Below the pieces are notes generated by a model. That model saw only the letters and a program-made list of their open reading frames with translations. It had not been told where the DNA came from and made no database searches. Below are positions 1 through 11,603 of a DNA stretch of 64,000 nt, one piece after another; the stretch's first letter is position 1, and each line of letters begins with the position of its first letter. Origin of the DNA: Monocercomonoides exilis PA203 (taxonomy: Eukaryota > Protista > Preaxostyla); the NCBI GenBank assembly GCA_001643675.2, contig LSRY02000052.1:372001-436000 (forward strand). Reading direction: 5' to 3'. The translations under genes were made by a program, and so were the position numbers.

Positions 1-83
1 TTTTTTATACAAATTGTTAAAGAGATTAAAGTTATTTGATTAAAATTTTGTGAAAAATCAGACAAAGTATTTCTTATAACAGA

Positions 84-260
84 TGGGGCAAAATTATTAC
101 AAATGTGAAAAAAACTGAGAGTTGTTCCAAACATTTTCTTCAATCATTTCATTATAAATCAACCGAAACAATGTGAATAAACAGAAAAATTCAAAAATTG
201 AGAAAAATATTTGTAAAAGAAGAATGGAACAAAATTCATAAAACAAAAAATTTTGCCCCA
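84..260 (+). repeat. ~180-bp dispersed MITE-like repeat, copy 1
   Basis: Perfect 12-bp terminal inverted repeat TGGGGCAAAATT (84-95) / AATTTTGCCCCA (249-260). Inner inverted pair TTGTTCCA (122-129) / TGGAACAA (225-232). Shares core motifs TTGTTCCAAAC.TTTT and GAATGGAACAAAATTCATAAA with other copies in the window. Confidence 0.75.
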
Positions 261-1891
261 GATATGATTAACACCCACATTTTATTTTTGACAATAGTCA
301 TTGTTATTTTTTGTAATATTTGAGTACAAGATGCAATTTGCAATTAATTGATTGGCCACTAACGGAAAACGAATTTATAACTTTCACAATGTGAATTTTA
401 TTTTGCAGAAAATGAAACATGAGAAGCTTATAGCTTTTGATTTTTTTTAACCTGGAAATGTGCTTAACAACAAGTGCATGTTTATGTTTCCATCGTGCAC
501 AAACAAAAATTTATTTTTTCTGTTGCATGGATTAAAAAAACAATGGATTTGCTTTTGATTACGAAAATTTGGAGAAATTTCATTTTTCACATGATTTGTT
601 CGAGTCAAGGAGATATTTATGCTTCATCATTTTAATGCATGCAACATGGTTACATAATAAATTTGAATCGTCTATTAAAGATTTCCAATTTCAAAAAGCA
701 AATCATTTTAGAACGAGATATTTTCATGTTTCTTATCCAAATGATGGATATTGGACTTTCTGAGGGGAGAGCAAGCTCCATAAAGAAGAGGTATAATGTT
801 TGAAAAGTGAATGCAATACATGGACAAAGCATTTAAACGAAAGAAGACGAAGACGAAGAAGAGAAAAAAAGAAAATAGAATTCAATATCTTATTGATACA
901 AACGGATTACAAGAGCATCAAACAACGCTTCAAACAAGGAGAAACTTGCGGGAAAATGTCAAGAGACTTTTTGAAATGAAAAATAAATCGCTTTAATACT
1001 TAAAATGCAAAAATCGTTCAACTTCTGAAATATTAATGAACATGAGTCACAAAAGCTTACAGAGAAGCATCAAACAAATTAATGCGCTTTGGGTGAGAAA
1101 GTGAGAAAGAAACCAGGGAAAGAGGAACTGAAAGATGAGAAATTTGCGGAGGTGTGAACATAAAACAAAGTTCGCTTTTCTTTCTTTCACGTTATATTTT
1201 ATTCTTTTTCAGCAAAATTCAATTATTTGCTCTTGAAAGTTCATTTACATTTATATTTTGACTTTTGATTTTGAAATTTTAATCTGTTAAATTTGAGAAG
1301 TGTTTTATCGATGGGAAATTCTATTTTTGTGAATTTTTAATACCGTTCCATCTTCATTCATAAGATTGGAATGAACATTTATTTTCATATTTTTTAAATA
1401 ATTTTTAACTTCATTTTCATTGACTTTCTTTTTTGTTTTCAGATTATTTTATTGCTTTTTTACTCTCAACAAAATGTGCAACAATTTGAACAGAATCCTT
1501 ATGTTCTTTTGTGAGCACGACTCTTTTTCTGTCTGAAAATTTGATATTTTTTTAAAGTAGGTTAAGTAAGAGATGAGAATCGATTACTGAATCTGTGATC
1601 ATCCAGTTTCATCGTTAGCCTTTCTCATGAATTATCCGCTTCTGACACAGAACGAGATTTAATCCAACAAGGGCGCACAAAACAAAAAATAAAATTAAAA
1701 AATATTCAATAACAGCTGGATTATCCTGGAACAAGTATCGAAGAATTAGGACTTTGAGATGAGATGCCAGCCCTTCAAAAAAAACCAAAATCTGGAACAT
1801 TCGGAAGGACTGAAGAAAGGAAATGCCAAAAAAAAGTTAGAAATATACATGCCCATATGAATTCGCATGAGAATATAGATTTACAGAGAGC

Positions 1892-4800
1892 ATGAAAGAG
1901 AATGAGAGAAAGGTTAAAAAAACGAAAATCTTTTTTAGGCGTTTTGAAACACACGGGATAAATGAAGATATATATTTTAATATGGGTGGAAGGAATATTG
2001 GAATTGCGAAGGGAGACATGATGATATTGCCTTTGCTATTGCTTTTGAATCAAACAATGCTGGAGTATGAAAATAAAGATATTGATAGAGATAGACCAAA
2101 TCAGCATGATAAGCTTGATGATAATTCACTCCAGGTGACCAGGAGAGAAGAGATGCTTCTTTACCATCTGCAGGAAGAAATCATGAATAAAAATGCACTT
2201 TTACACGAAGTGGCAGGAAATCCACAGGCAAAAAGAAGCCTGGTGAAGTGGCATGTATCTTTTCTGAATTCTTCTGTTTCGATGAAGAATTTAGATATAA
2301 ACAACATCAAAGGAAGAATTTTTGATATTCTGGAAAGTTCTTCGATGATGTTGCAACATTGTTCAATAGAGGCTGAAACGGGAAATGTTTGCGAGGTATG
2401 GCGCAGCCGGAGCAATGTCTACATGAAAAACATCACAATTGAGAATACAAAACAAATCAGTACTTCAAGAACAACTGCACTAATTGATGCAGAAGATTTA
2501 TCATCATTCTTTTTTGAAGAGTGCAATATTGTAGATAAGATGTTTGAAGCTGGTTCATCATTGATCTGCGATGGACGAGTTGGGCTTGCTTCTGTTTCTC
2601 GATGTTCATTCCAAAACATTTCCAGCAAAGGAACTTTTGGTGTTCAAAGCACAAGCAAAGAATGGGAACGATGCTCATTTTCAGATTCAGCAGTTGAACG
2701 AGTCGATTGCCTATATTACGGGATAATTGTCTCACAAACGAAAGCGAGCATGACGTTGATGAACACATCGATATGCGGATGCTCAAATACAAATGTAGAT
2801 CCTTCAAAACGAAATGAATTTGATACTGGAAATATTGAAATTTCCGACGCTTCTTTTCAATCTGTAAAATCAACTGATGTTAATGGAGGATGCCTATGCT
2901 TCACAGGAACATCAAAATCAATTGTGAAACGATGCATATTTAGTGAATGCTCAGTTATTCGAGAGATCTCTGAACCTTCTGGTGGAGCAATTGGTATTTC
3001 TGGAAATGGTAATCATGAAGTAGCATTTTGTTTTTTCAGTAACTGTTCATCATATAGGATGGCTGGCGGTTTGTTTTATGATGGAAATGAAAAAATTACA
3101 GTAAGAGATTCAACATTTGAAAGTTGTTCATCTATGCATTATGGGGCAATTGATTTTTATATGAAAAGGGGAATTGATGGAACAATTGTTTCAAATCTTA
3201 AATTTGAACTTTGCTCCTCTTCAGAACATGGATCTGCACTTGCATTTGATAAAAGCAACAGTGCACCTGTTGTATCTGATTGTCTCTTTGATTCATGCAT
3301 CTGCACAAACAATGGAGGAGCGATTACCTTTGTTGTCAGCGTTACAAACGGAGAAAATATATCCATTTCATATTGCTTTTTTTCAAACAATGTTGCTAAA
3401 AATGGAAATGACATCAACATTTTTTCAAATTGGAGCACGTTTGTCACTGAAGAGAAGATTATTAAGTGCTTCTCAGTTTCAGAGGGAAATCGCGTTTGGG
3501 TTAATGATGTCCAACACAATGATTGGCTTCCAAATCCGCCTTCTAATGCTGATCCAATTTGTATATCATTTAGAGGAACCGATAGCGAGGGATGTGGATA
3601 TCATGCTCACGAATGCCAAACAATATCATTTGGTTTGAGAAGGCGAACATCAACTGAGGTTTTGCTTGTTCAAAGAGGCAATTACACTGAATCAGAAATT
3701 ACATTTGATACCAATCTGGAATTAACTGGTGCTGAAATGACAGAAACGCGCTTGAGTTGGAAAGGAAAAAGTGAAAATGGAGCTCTGTTTTTTGTTGCAG
3801 GACAAACACTGAAGGTCAGCGATATTACACTGATTCACGGCTTATCTGATAGCGGAGAGAGCTCTATTTTGCTGTGGATTGATGGGGGACTTGCAGAATT
3901 TGAGAATTTGTTTGTAACTTGTGACAAAAATCAGAATTCTCCACTTGTAAGCAGTTTGATTTCTTTGCAAAGCGGGATTGCAAGATTTAAAAAAGTGTTA
4001 TTCAGTTCTATTGAGCAATTGAATTGCTCGCTATTGGATTTCAGAGATCGTTCAGAGTTTGAGATAGAAAATTGTTCATTTGTATCAATTGTGAGAAATG
4101 TTGGAGATGGTTCAGTTATTTCAATAGCGGTTGAAAACACAGAAAAACTTGAATTAAATGGAATACGATTTGAGGGATGCAAATGTGCGAGAGGAAATGG
4201 AGGAGCTATGCACGTGACTTTGAATGAAGGTGGGGAAGTGCGAATTGGGAATGAGTCGGTTGTCCATGCAACCTTGTGTGAAGTTCCTTCAGAGCAACAG
4301 TGGAGAGGATGTGGTGGGTGGATGTATCTTCTTTTAAAGGAAAGAGCGAGTGATTTTATTCTTCAGGATATTGTTTTTTCGGAATGTGGAGGATGGGCTG
4401 GAAAGAATTTATTTATGGATGCAGAGGATTTGAGTGCAGTAGCAAACATGGAACACATAAAGTTTGAGATATTGATTGAAGAGGAGAGAGGCAGAGAGGC
4501 GATGGGGTATGAAGGAGGAAAACGAGATTATGAGATTCCGTTGAGGGTATTTTTCACCGTTCCATTTCCAGAAGAAGGGTATGTTGGTGGAGAGAGGAGT
4601 TTGGATTTCAGTGGATGTGGGTTTTTATCGCATCCTTGCTCAACATTGGGAAAGATAGTTGAATTGAGATTTGAAAACAGCGAAAGGAATATAATCATAA
4701 ATGACGGATTTGAGTTGGCAGAAGTTGTTTCGATGGCAGGGTCATATGAATGGGAGGTGTATTGCACAACTAACAAGACGAATGTGAATGTGAATGTGCC

Positions 4801-7800
4801 CAGTGAAATGACATATTCGTATTTGATAAATGTTGAGAGCAAAAGTTTAATTAAGAACATAGCCTTCCAAATTCCATTTTCGTTATCGAGTGCAACATCG
4901 CTCATTTCTTTAACCAGCTCATCACTCACACTCACAGACTGTTCAGTTGCTCATATATCAGAGAGCACATCGAGTGTGTCCTTTGGATACAGCATTGTGA
5001 ATGCACAGAGTGGGAGTCTGAAAATGGAACGATTTGTGATTGAGGAAGGGCTGACATTCAATGATCACTCAGCGATTGAATTTTGTGAAGGAATGACGAG
5101 TGTGATTTGTTCAGGATGTAATATCAGTGGAGTAGTGAAGAATAGTGGAGATGGAGGATGGATGAAAGGAACAGTTGGAACGAGTGGAACATTGACTGTT
5201 GATGGATGCAATGTGAATGGGTGCAGTTGTGTTGGTGGAAAAGGAGGAGGAATGAATGTTGGATTGAAGGGAAATGGGAAAGTTGTTGTGAATGGAACGA
5301 GTGTGATTGATGGATGCAAGGCAGAGAATAATGGAGGGAGAGGAGGAGGGATGTTTGTTGGAATGGAGACTGAGGGATGTGGATTGACAATTGGGCAGAA
5401 TGTTGAATTTTCGAAAGATCATGAGAATGCGGCCTCATATGGGAAGGATGTGTTTGTTCATTGTTGGAATGGTGTGTTTTTGGAGTCAATAGTGAATACA
5501 AACACATTTGCCTTTTTTGACGCAAGAACCATTCCATCAGATGCATTGAAACTGAGTGGGAGTGAAAATGGGGATGAAAGTGGAATGATTCCACTGTTTG
5601 TGTATTTGTGCACAATGGGGGCAAAAGTGATTGTTGACGGGAGTGGAGGAAATGGGAAGGACCACAACCATTGTGGATTTGATGGATTTGGATGTTTGAC
5701 AATTGATTATTGCGCGAACTCAAGATTGAGCAGCACTGTGAATGAAATAGAGGTTGTCTCATCTTCTTCAATTACCAAGGAAATAACAGGACCATCATTT
5801 GGAGCGATGATTTCAGGCAGAATAGTGTTATCCGATGGAGAGAGGATGGGAGTGAATGTGAGTGATGGAGGATCAGCCACACAAGACTGGATTGTTGGAT
5901 GTTCGAGATCACTGACAATGAGCAGACTTTCATTTGTTTTGAAAGGACTGATGAATTCAAGGAGAAGTGCATTCATTCATTCAAATTCGACACTCGGTCT
6001 TACGAATTGTTCAGTCTCATTTGAAAGTGGGGCATTGACTGATGGAAAGATAGGATATAATGTGATAAACATTGATGGAGGAGTGTTGATTGTTGATAGA
6101 TTTGTGATGGATGGTTCAGTGATAATGAATGGGAAATCTCCAGTTGTTATTTCAAATGGAGTTGAATTGGAGATTTTGAATAGTAGAGTGAGTGGAGTGA
6201 AAGTGAAAGGTGGAATTGGAGGATGTTTGAATGTGGAGATGAAGGAAGGAGGGGGTGTGAATATTGAAGAAAGCAATATATCCTCAACATGTTCAGGTGG
6301 AAATGGAATGAAAGGGGGAGGGATGATGATATCAATGGGAATGGGAGGGAGTTTGGAAATGAAAAATATAAAGTTTGAGGGATGCAAAGTGCCAACAGAG
6401 GATGTTGAGGATGGAGGGAGAGGAATGGGAGGAGGGATGTTTGTGAAGCTGGCAGATGAGATGGAAACATTTGTGATGGAAGGGATGGAATTTGAGGGAT
6501 GCAATGCGTGGAAAGGGAAGAATGTGTTTGTGTCAGGATTGGATCTGAGTGAGATTGTGAATGAGAAGCACCTGAAATGGGAGATAAAGGAGGAGGAGTT
6601 GGGATCGTTGGATCAGTTGTGTGGATGGGAAAGGAAGACAACAGGAGAGGGATATGTGATTCCATTGGTTGTGTATTTGTGGAGTAATTGGAGTGGGAAT
6701 GGATTTGTTTCGAAAGATGGAGGAGGAGACTTCAGTGGGTGTGGATTTTCAGAAGCGCCATGTTCATCGATTGACCATCTGAAGACCCTTCGATATTCAA
6801 CACTTGGAGAAGGGGAAACACACATCAGCATTGTGGGATCAGGGTTGCTGAGCCATTCCATATCATTTTCATCTTCTAATTCATCAACAATTACGGTTAT
6901 TCCAAGAATGGTGATTGAAGGGACAAAGAAAGGGACAGGAGTGGTAATAAGTGATGAAGATGAGAATGATTTGTCTGATGGTTCAATGATATCCTCGAAT
7001 GTGAATCTGATACTGACAAATCTGTCATTCTTGAATCCAAATCCAAACAGTCATCATGAGATATTGATCGAATCATCAGGAACAAACATCTGTTTATCAG
7101 TCGTGGATTGCTCATTTGGCTCATTGAGAGGGATCACAGAGACAACAGGATTTTGTGTGATGAAAGTGAATGGAGGAAGAGTTATTGTTCAAGGATGTTC
7201 GTTGGATGCAGCTGGTCAGTTGAGAGGGTTCATCGCTTTCAGTGCAGTGGCAACAAGGGAGGTGACTGTGGAGGATGTGAACATCTCGAATAGAGGGGTG
7301 AAAGAGAGAAGTCTGATATCGATGTTTGAGGATGAACAGACGAATGAGATGAAAGCAAAAACAGAGATAAACAGGGGAGAAAATGGGAATTCAAACAACG
7401 AAAAAGTGGTGATAAAAGTGAATGGCTCTTCGTTCACAAACATCACAAATGGAGAAAACAGAGCAGGGGTGTTGAGTGTGGATTCATTTGCGAGGGCAAT
7501 GGAGTGTGTGTTGGAGGGGTGTTCAGTTTCGAATTGCAGGAGTGAAATGAGCGAGGAAGGAGGAGGGATGAAAGTGTGCCTGAAGAGAGGGGAATCAGAA
7601 GTGAGAGTTGTTGGATGCTCGTTGGGGATGTGCTCGTGCTCGGGGGTGGAGGGAAGAGGAGGAGGAGTGATGGTTGATGCACTTGACCCGAATGAGTGTG
7701 GAACCAGTGGATTTGGGCCTGTTGGGATAAGGATGGAGAATGTGAGGTTTTGGGGCAACGAGGCATTTGTGGGGAAGGATGTGTTCATCAGATGCGAGTC

Positions 7801-10800
7801 GATTGCCGAACAGATCAATGAGACATTGTTTGTGCTGGATCTCAGCCAGGATGCCCTGAAATCCACGAACTCCATCTGTGGGTCAGACAAGGAAAGGGAT
7901 GATGTTGATCTGATCCCCCTGATCACATTCTATTACGGCCAGCAGGTGTTTGTCTCTGCAAGTGGAAGAGATGACAGACAATGTGGGGCACAGAACAACC
8001 CTTGCCTGAGCATTGGCAGTGCTGTGAAGCACATTCAAAAAGGTGTGATGAATGCAATTCTGATTGATGGGGAAGGGGTGATTGGGGGAGAGTGTGTGAT
8101 TGGGGATATGAATGTGAAGAGTCTGAAGAAAACTCAATCCACAATCCATCTTGATGGAAAGATGGAGGCTGTGGGGGATGAAGGGAGTGTGGTTGTGTTT
8201 GTGAATGAGAGTGCTGTGGAGAAATGTGAATTCTTGTTTGGGTTGAGCTTTGAATCAGAGCATTCATGCATTGTGAAAGTGAAGAATGGAACATTGGGGG
8301 TGAGTGAGTGTTGGTGGAAGAGTGTTGGAATGATGACACTTTTGAACAGCACAATTGTGAAAGTGGAGGGTGGAGAGCTGGAGATGGAGAAATGTGTTGT
8401 CAGCTGTGTTTCCACTTCACGAGAGATATTGTCAGTCTGTGAAGGGAGCAAGGCTGCGATATATCAGCTGAGGATGAGCGATATTGAGAGCGAGGATGGA
8501 GGGATTGTTGATGTGAAGAAAGCAAGGGTGGAGGCGAAGGAGATGTCGATGAGCAACATCGCCAGACAGAACAGAGGGAGCATTGTGAAGATGATGGAAT
8601 GCACAGAAAGAGTGGATTTGATGAATTGCTCGATGAGAATGTGTTTGGGAAAAGAAGAGAGAGGATGGATGGTGAGTGTGTGGAACTGTGAGTGTGTGAA
8701 TGTTGACTGCTGTGAGTTTGATGGAGAAGAGGAAGAGAATGAAGAAAGATCAAGAAATGAGCAGGATAGAAGAGAAAGAAGAGAGGAGACATGCAAGTGG
8801 AATGGGTCAATGGTTGAATTTGAGAAGAGTGAAGCGGAGATGAAAGTGACTTCGATGAGAAACAGCAAGAAAGGGGGATTGTCAGTGAGTGGAGGAAATG
8901 TGGTGATTGAGAAAGGAGAGTTTGCGAACAACAACCCATTGATTGGAAAATATCCCTCAGCTCGGAGAAACATCTTGTGTTCGGATTCTGCTCAGCTGAA
9001 TATCATGAGTCTGAAGGGAGGAGATGGGCAAGAGAAGAACACCTCCCTTTGGATTCTGAATGATGGATGCAGTTTGATGGGGATTGTTGAGGAGCGAGCA
9101 TCACCATTGTTCATCCCTACACTGCGATCGGTGGAGACAGAGGAGAAGGAAGGGGTGCTGGATGTTGTGTTCAGGGGCACACTTCTTCTGCCATGCAACC
9201 TGTCGTTTCGCGTTGTTTCGTCGGTGGGGGATGTTGAGCAGGTGGAGACTCACGAGATAAGTGAGTCTGGATTTGTGAGTGAAGAGGAAGTGCATGGAAC
9301 AGCTGGGTTGGAGATAGTCAGGGGTGCAGAGGCGAGTGCAGAAGTGAGGGTGTGCATTTTGTTTGGAGATGGCCATTCTCCCTCGGTAACTGAGTCATTC
9401 ATCCTGAAGAACAGGAGCGAGGTTGAATCAAAGGGAGATGAAAAAATTGTTGAAAGTGGAAAGAAAGAAAAATCATTTTGGCCAATTATTGTGATTGTGC
9501 TTGTTGTGATTTTGCTGATTGTCCTTGTTGTGTCCATTGTTGTGACAATTCGATGGAGAAGGGCAAAGAATGAGAACAAAGGTCTGAGGGAGATAGTGAA
9601 TGATAATATCAGAAAAGATCCAAAGCTGATTGAGATGGTGACGATGGAGATGTCACCAGAGGAACAGTGGAGGAGGGCTGAAAGAGAAGCAGAGAAGAAG
9701 AATGAAGAGAAGATAAAGAAGAGAGTATATGGGAAACAGATGCAGCACTCAGAATCATCAGAGCATCTTCTATCAGAGAGTGGATCAACTGAATATATTC
9801 TAGGGAGAGACTCAGACAAGATCCCAGAGTGGGTGCTTGAGAAGGTTGATGAAAAGGAGATCGAGGAGGAAACAAGAAAGAGAACACCATCACCATCCAT
9901 TTCATCCATTTCATCCACTTCAACAACAGACACTTCAGATACTGACACTACATTTGTTCGATCTGAGAGCATGTGCCCAACAACATCATCGATGTCGAAT
10001 CTGGTGGATGCAATGGCATGCTCGTCTCCTCATGAGAAGTTGATTGTTGATCTGAGGGATTCATTGTTCATGCTGATTCATGGGAGAAATGAGAAGAAGG
10101 AGATGGCGATAGGCACTCTGCAGGAGAGGGAGATGACAGCTGCACAGATTTTGTTCTGGGTGGCTAATGGTGCGCTTCACTCCTTCAAAGAATGTGAAGT
10201 TCCACTTCAGTCATTATCTTATCTGAGCCCTCACATTGTGCTGTTCTCTGAGCACATGGTTATTTGCATTGTGTTGCATTCTAACTTTTTGTCGGATGAT
10301 GATTCAGATTCATCATCGATCTCATCAACAGTTGTGACATCAGCCAGTGATGATGATGACAGTGACTCTCTTCCCTCTTCAGCGTTTGAGGATGAGGATG
10401 ATTTCAAAAAAGAATGCTTGAGGTGGAAGGCCCCCGAACTGATGAATGGAACAAAGAACCATGCGACGAAAAAGACAGTTGTGTTTTCAATAGGGATGAT
10501 GCTGTGGGAGTGCTTGACACTCCAGATCCCGTTTGGGGAGTATCCGGCAGAGGTGGCGGGGCAGAAGATTGTGAATGGAGAAAGGCCAGATTGTGGAAGT
10601 ATTTCCGGCTCAGGGCTGTGTTCGGTTGTGAAAGCAATGCTCAGCAGAGAAGGGGCACATCGGCCTTCGCTGGAAATGCTAAAGAGAGAGTACATTAAAT
10701 GGGTTCCAGGCAGTGCATCAATGCTCACCGTTTCAGATGCAATTGGTGCATATGATTATTCGGATGAAGCAAAAAGTGAAGTGGAAACGAAGATATTTTT

Positions 10801-10810
10801 GAAGGAATGA
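1892..10810 (+). CDS. Giant type-I membrane protein: Cys/Gly-rich beta-helix-like ectodomain, one TM helix, C-terminal TKL-like pseudokinase (lineage-expanded family)
   Basis: Intronless 2972-aa ORF; the true start may be Met at 1982 or 2018 (MMILPLLLLL, signal-like). Repeated 'F..C....GGA(I/M)' motifs and five 'CG....(P)C.(T/S)(I/L)' caps. TM helix WPIIVIVLVVILLIVLVVSIVVTI at ~9478-9550. The kinase C-lobe motifs LRWKAPE, VFSIGMMLWECLTLQIPF and GERP are present, but HRD and DFG are not. Confidence 0.85.
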   Translation: MKENERKVKKTKIFFRRFETHGINEDIYFNMGGRNIGIAKGDMMILPLLLLLNQTMLEYENKDIDRDRPNQHDKLDDNSLQVTRREEMLLYHLQEEIMNKNALLHEVAGNPQAKRSLVKWHVSFLNSSVSMKNLDINNIKGRIFDILESSSMMLQHCSIEAETGNVCEVWRSRSNVYMKNITIENTKQISTSRTTALIDAEDLSSFFFEECNIVDKMFEAGSSLICDGRVGLASVSRCSFQNISSKGTFGVQSTSKEWERCSFSDSAVERVDCLYYGIIVSQTKASMTLMNTSICGCSNTNVDPSKRNEFDTGNIEISDASFQSVKSTDVNGGCLCFTGTSKSIVKRCIFSECSVIREISEPSGGAIGISGNGNHEVAFCFFSNCSSYRMAGGLFYDGNEKITVRDSTFESCSSMHYGAIDFYMKRGIDGTIVSNLKFELCSSSEHGSALAFDKSNSAPVVSDCLFDSCICTNNGGAITFVVSVTNGENISISYCFFSNNVAKNGNDINIFSNWSTFVTEEKIIKCFSVSEGNRVWVNDVQHNDWLPNPPSNADPICISFRGTDSEGCGYHAHECQTISFGLRRRTSTEVLLVQRGNYTESEITFDTNLELTGAEMTETRLSWKGKSENGALFFVAGQTLKVSDITLIHGLSDSGESSILLWIDGGLAEFENLFVTCDKNQNSPLVSSLISLQSGIARFKKVLFSSIEQLNCSLLDFRDRSEFEIENCSFVSIVRNVGDGSVISIAVENTEKLELNGIRFEGCKCARGNGGAMHVTLNEGGEVRIGNESVVHATLCEVPSEQQWRGCGGWMYLLLKERASDFILQDIVFSECGGWAGKNLFMDAEDLSAVANMEHIKFEILIEEERGREAMGYEGGKRDYEIPLRVFFTVPFPEEGYVGGERSLDFSGCGFLSHPCSTLGKIVELRFENSERNIIINDGFELAEVVSMAGSYEWEVYCTTNKTNVNVNVPSEMTYSYLINVESKSLIKNIAFQIPFSLSSATSLISLTSSSLTLTDCSVAHISESTSSVSFGYSIVNAQSGSLKMERFVIEEGLTFNDHSAIEFCEGMTSVICSGCNISGVVKNSGDGGWMKGTVGTSGTLTVDGCNVNGCSCVGGKGGGMNVGLKGNGKVVVNGTSVIDGCKAENNGGRGGGMFVGMETEGCGLTIGQNVEFSKDHENAASYGKDVFVHCWNGVFLESIVNTNTFAFFDARTIPSDALKLSGSENGDESGMIPLFVYLCTMGAKVIVDGSGGNGKDHNHCGFDGFGCLTIDYCANSRLSSTVNEIEVVSSSSITKEITGPSFGAMISGRIVLSDGERMGVNVSDGGSATQDWIVGCSRSLTMSRLSFVLKGLMNSRRSAFIHSNSTLGLTNCSVSFESGALTDGKIGYNVINIDGGVLIVDRFVMDGSVIMNGKSPVVISNGVELEILNSRVSGVKVKGGIGGCLNVEMKEGGGVNIEESNISSTCSGGNGMKGGGMMISMGMGGSLEMKNIKFEGCKVPTEDVEDGGRGMGGGMFVKLADEMETFVMEGMEFEGCNAWKGKNVFVSGLDLSEIVNEKHLKWEIKEEELGSLDQLCGWERKTTGEGYVIPLVVYLWSNWSGNGFVSKDGGGDFSGCGFSEAPCSSIDHLKTLRYSTLGEGETHISIVGSGLLSHSISFSSSNSSTITVIPRMVIEGTKKGTGVVISDEDENDLSDGSMISSNVNLILTNLSFLNPNPNSHHEILIESSGTNICLSVVDCSFGSLRGITETTGFCVMKVNGGRVIVQGCSLDAAGQLRGFIAFSAVATREVTVEDVNISNRGVKERSLISMFEDEQTNEMKAKTEINRGENGNSNNEKVVIKVNGSSFTNITNGENRAGVLSVDSFARAMECVLEGCSVSNCRSEMSEEGGGMKVCLKRGESEVRVVGCSLGMCSCSGVEGRGGGVMVDALDPNECGTSGFGPVGIRMENVRFWGNEAFVGKDVFIRCESIAEQINETLFVLDLSQDALKSTNSICGSDKERDDVDLIPLITFYYGQQVFVSASGRDDRQCGAQNNPCLSIGSAVKHIQKGVMNAILIDGEGVIGGECVIGDMNVKSLKKTQSTIHLDGKMEAVGDEGSVVVFVNESAVEKCEFLFGLSFESEHSCIVKVKNGTLGVSECWWKSVGMMTLLNSTIVKVEGGELEMEKCVVSCVSTSREILSVCEGSKAAIYQLRMSDIESEDGGIVDVKKARVEAKEMSMSNIARQNRGSIVKMMECTERVDLMNCSMRMCLGKEERGWMVSVWNCECVNVDCCEFDGEEEENEERSRNEQDRRERREETCKWNGSMVEFEKSEAEMKVTSMRNSKKGGLSVSGGNVVIEKGEFANNNPLIGKYPSARRNILCSDSAQLNIMSLKGGDGQEKNTSLWILNDGCSLMGIVEERASPLFIPTLRSVETEEKEGVLDVVFRGTLLLPCNLSFRVVSSVGDVEQVETHEISESGFVSEEEVHGTAGLEIVRGAEASAEVRVCILFGDGHSPSVTESFILKNRSEVESKGDEKIVESGKKEKSFWPIIVIVLVVILLIVLVVSIVVTIRWRRAKNENKGLREIVNDNIRKDPKLIEMVTMEMSPEEQWRRAEREAEKKNEEKIKKRVYGKQMQHSESSEHLLSESGSTEYILGRDSDKIPEWVLEKVDEKEIEEETRKRTPSPSISSISSTSTTDTSDTDTTFVRSESMCPTTSSMSNLVDAMACSSPHEKLIVDLRDSLFMLIHGRNEKKEMAIGTLQEREMTAAQILFWVANGALHSFKECEVPLQSLSYLSPHIVLFSEHMVICIVLHSNFLSDDDSDSSSISSTVVTSASDDDDSDSLPSSAFEDEDDFKKECLRWKAPELMNGTKNHATKKTVVFSIGMMLWECLTLQIPFGEYPAEVAGQKIVNGERPDCGSISGSGLCSVVKAMLSREGAHRPSLEMLKREYIKWVPGSASMLTVSDAIGAYDYSDEAKSEVETKIFLKE

Positions 10811-11603
10811 ATTGGAAGAAATGCAGCAAGTTTATGCAAAATCCCACAAAAAATAGAGTTTCTAACAAACAAGTGCAAATCAGTTTTTATAGAAGATACT
10901 ATTTCTTATTTTTGTCATGGTAAAAGGCACGCAAAATCAGACAATTAGGCAAAAAATGATATGCAAAAAAAGAAGTGCATCCAAGCTATTAAGAGAAATC
11001 TGAGAGATATATTATTCTTGCAAGTATTGCGTTTATTATTGGCTTCAATTTTTAATTATTTGTTTTTTTTGTTCAAAAAGGAACACAACAATTTTAAATC
11101 ACCTGAAAATGTTAAAAACCCATATTTTGAAGCAGCGTTATCAAGAAAAAGTTTTATATTTCAAAATTTTAAAGCTAAATACGTTTTTCAGAAATTAAAA
11201 AATTAAAATAACAGCAACATATTTATTTGCGTTTATAAAACATTAGCTAATAAAAACAGACAGATTGTGGTTTTATAAAGAATGTTAAATGGCAGATAAA
11301 ACATCAAACAATCAAAAATTTTCAAATTAATGCTAGGAATTAAAATTTTATCTCTATCACAAATTAATTTTTCATTTTTGTGTATTTTCAAAAAAATATT
11401 AATAATATTTATACATATGTGAATTCCCAATTGTTCTTTTAAAAGTATTTTCCAAATTCGCTCAATGGAAATAACACTTTAGATATTTTGTTTAACAACA
11501 TTTAACCATAATTATTAACATTGATTATTAAATTAATTTCAAAAATTTTTTTATTGCATATATAACAACAATTCTTGCTTGAATTTAGCACCATCAAAAT
11601 AAC

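Noticed and set aside
760-1830. Patches of higher-complexity sequence and short ORFs that might be relics of a mobile element or gene
   Set aside because: No recognisable motif or consistent reading frame.
11233-11460. Possible reverse copy of the ~185-bp repeat closing a unit around the 2972-aa gene
   Set aside because: Only a weak AAAATTTTATCTCTATC resemblance; the core motifs are absent.
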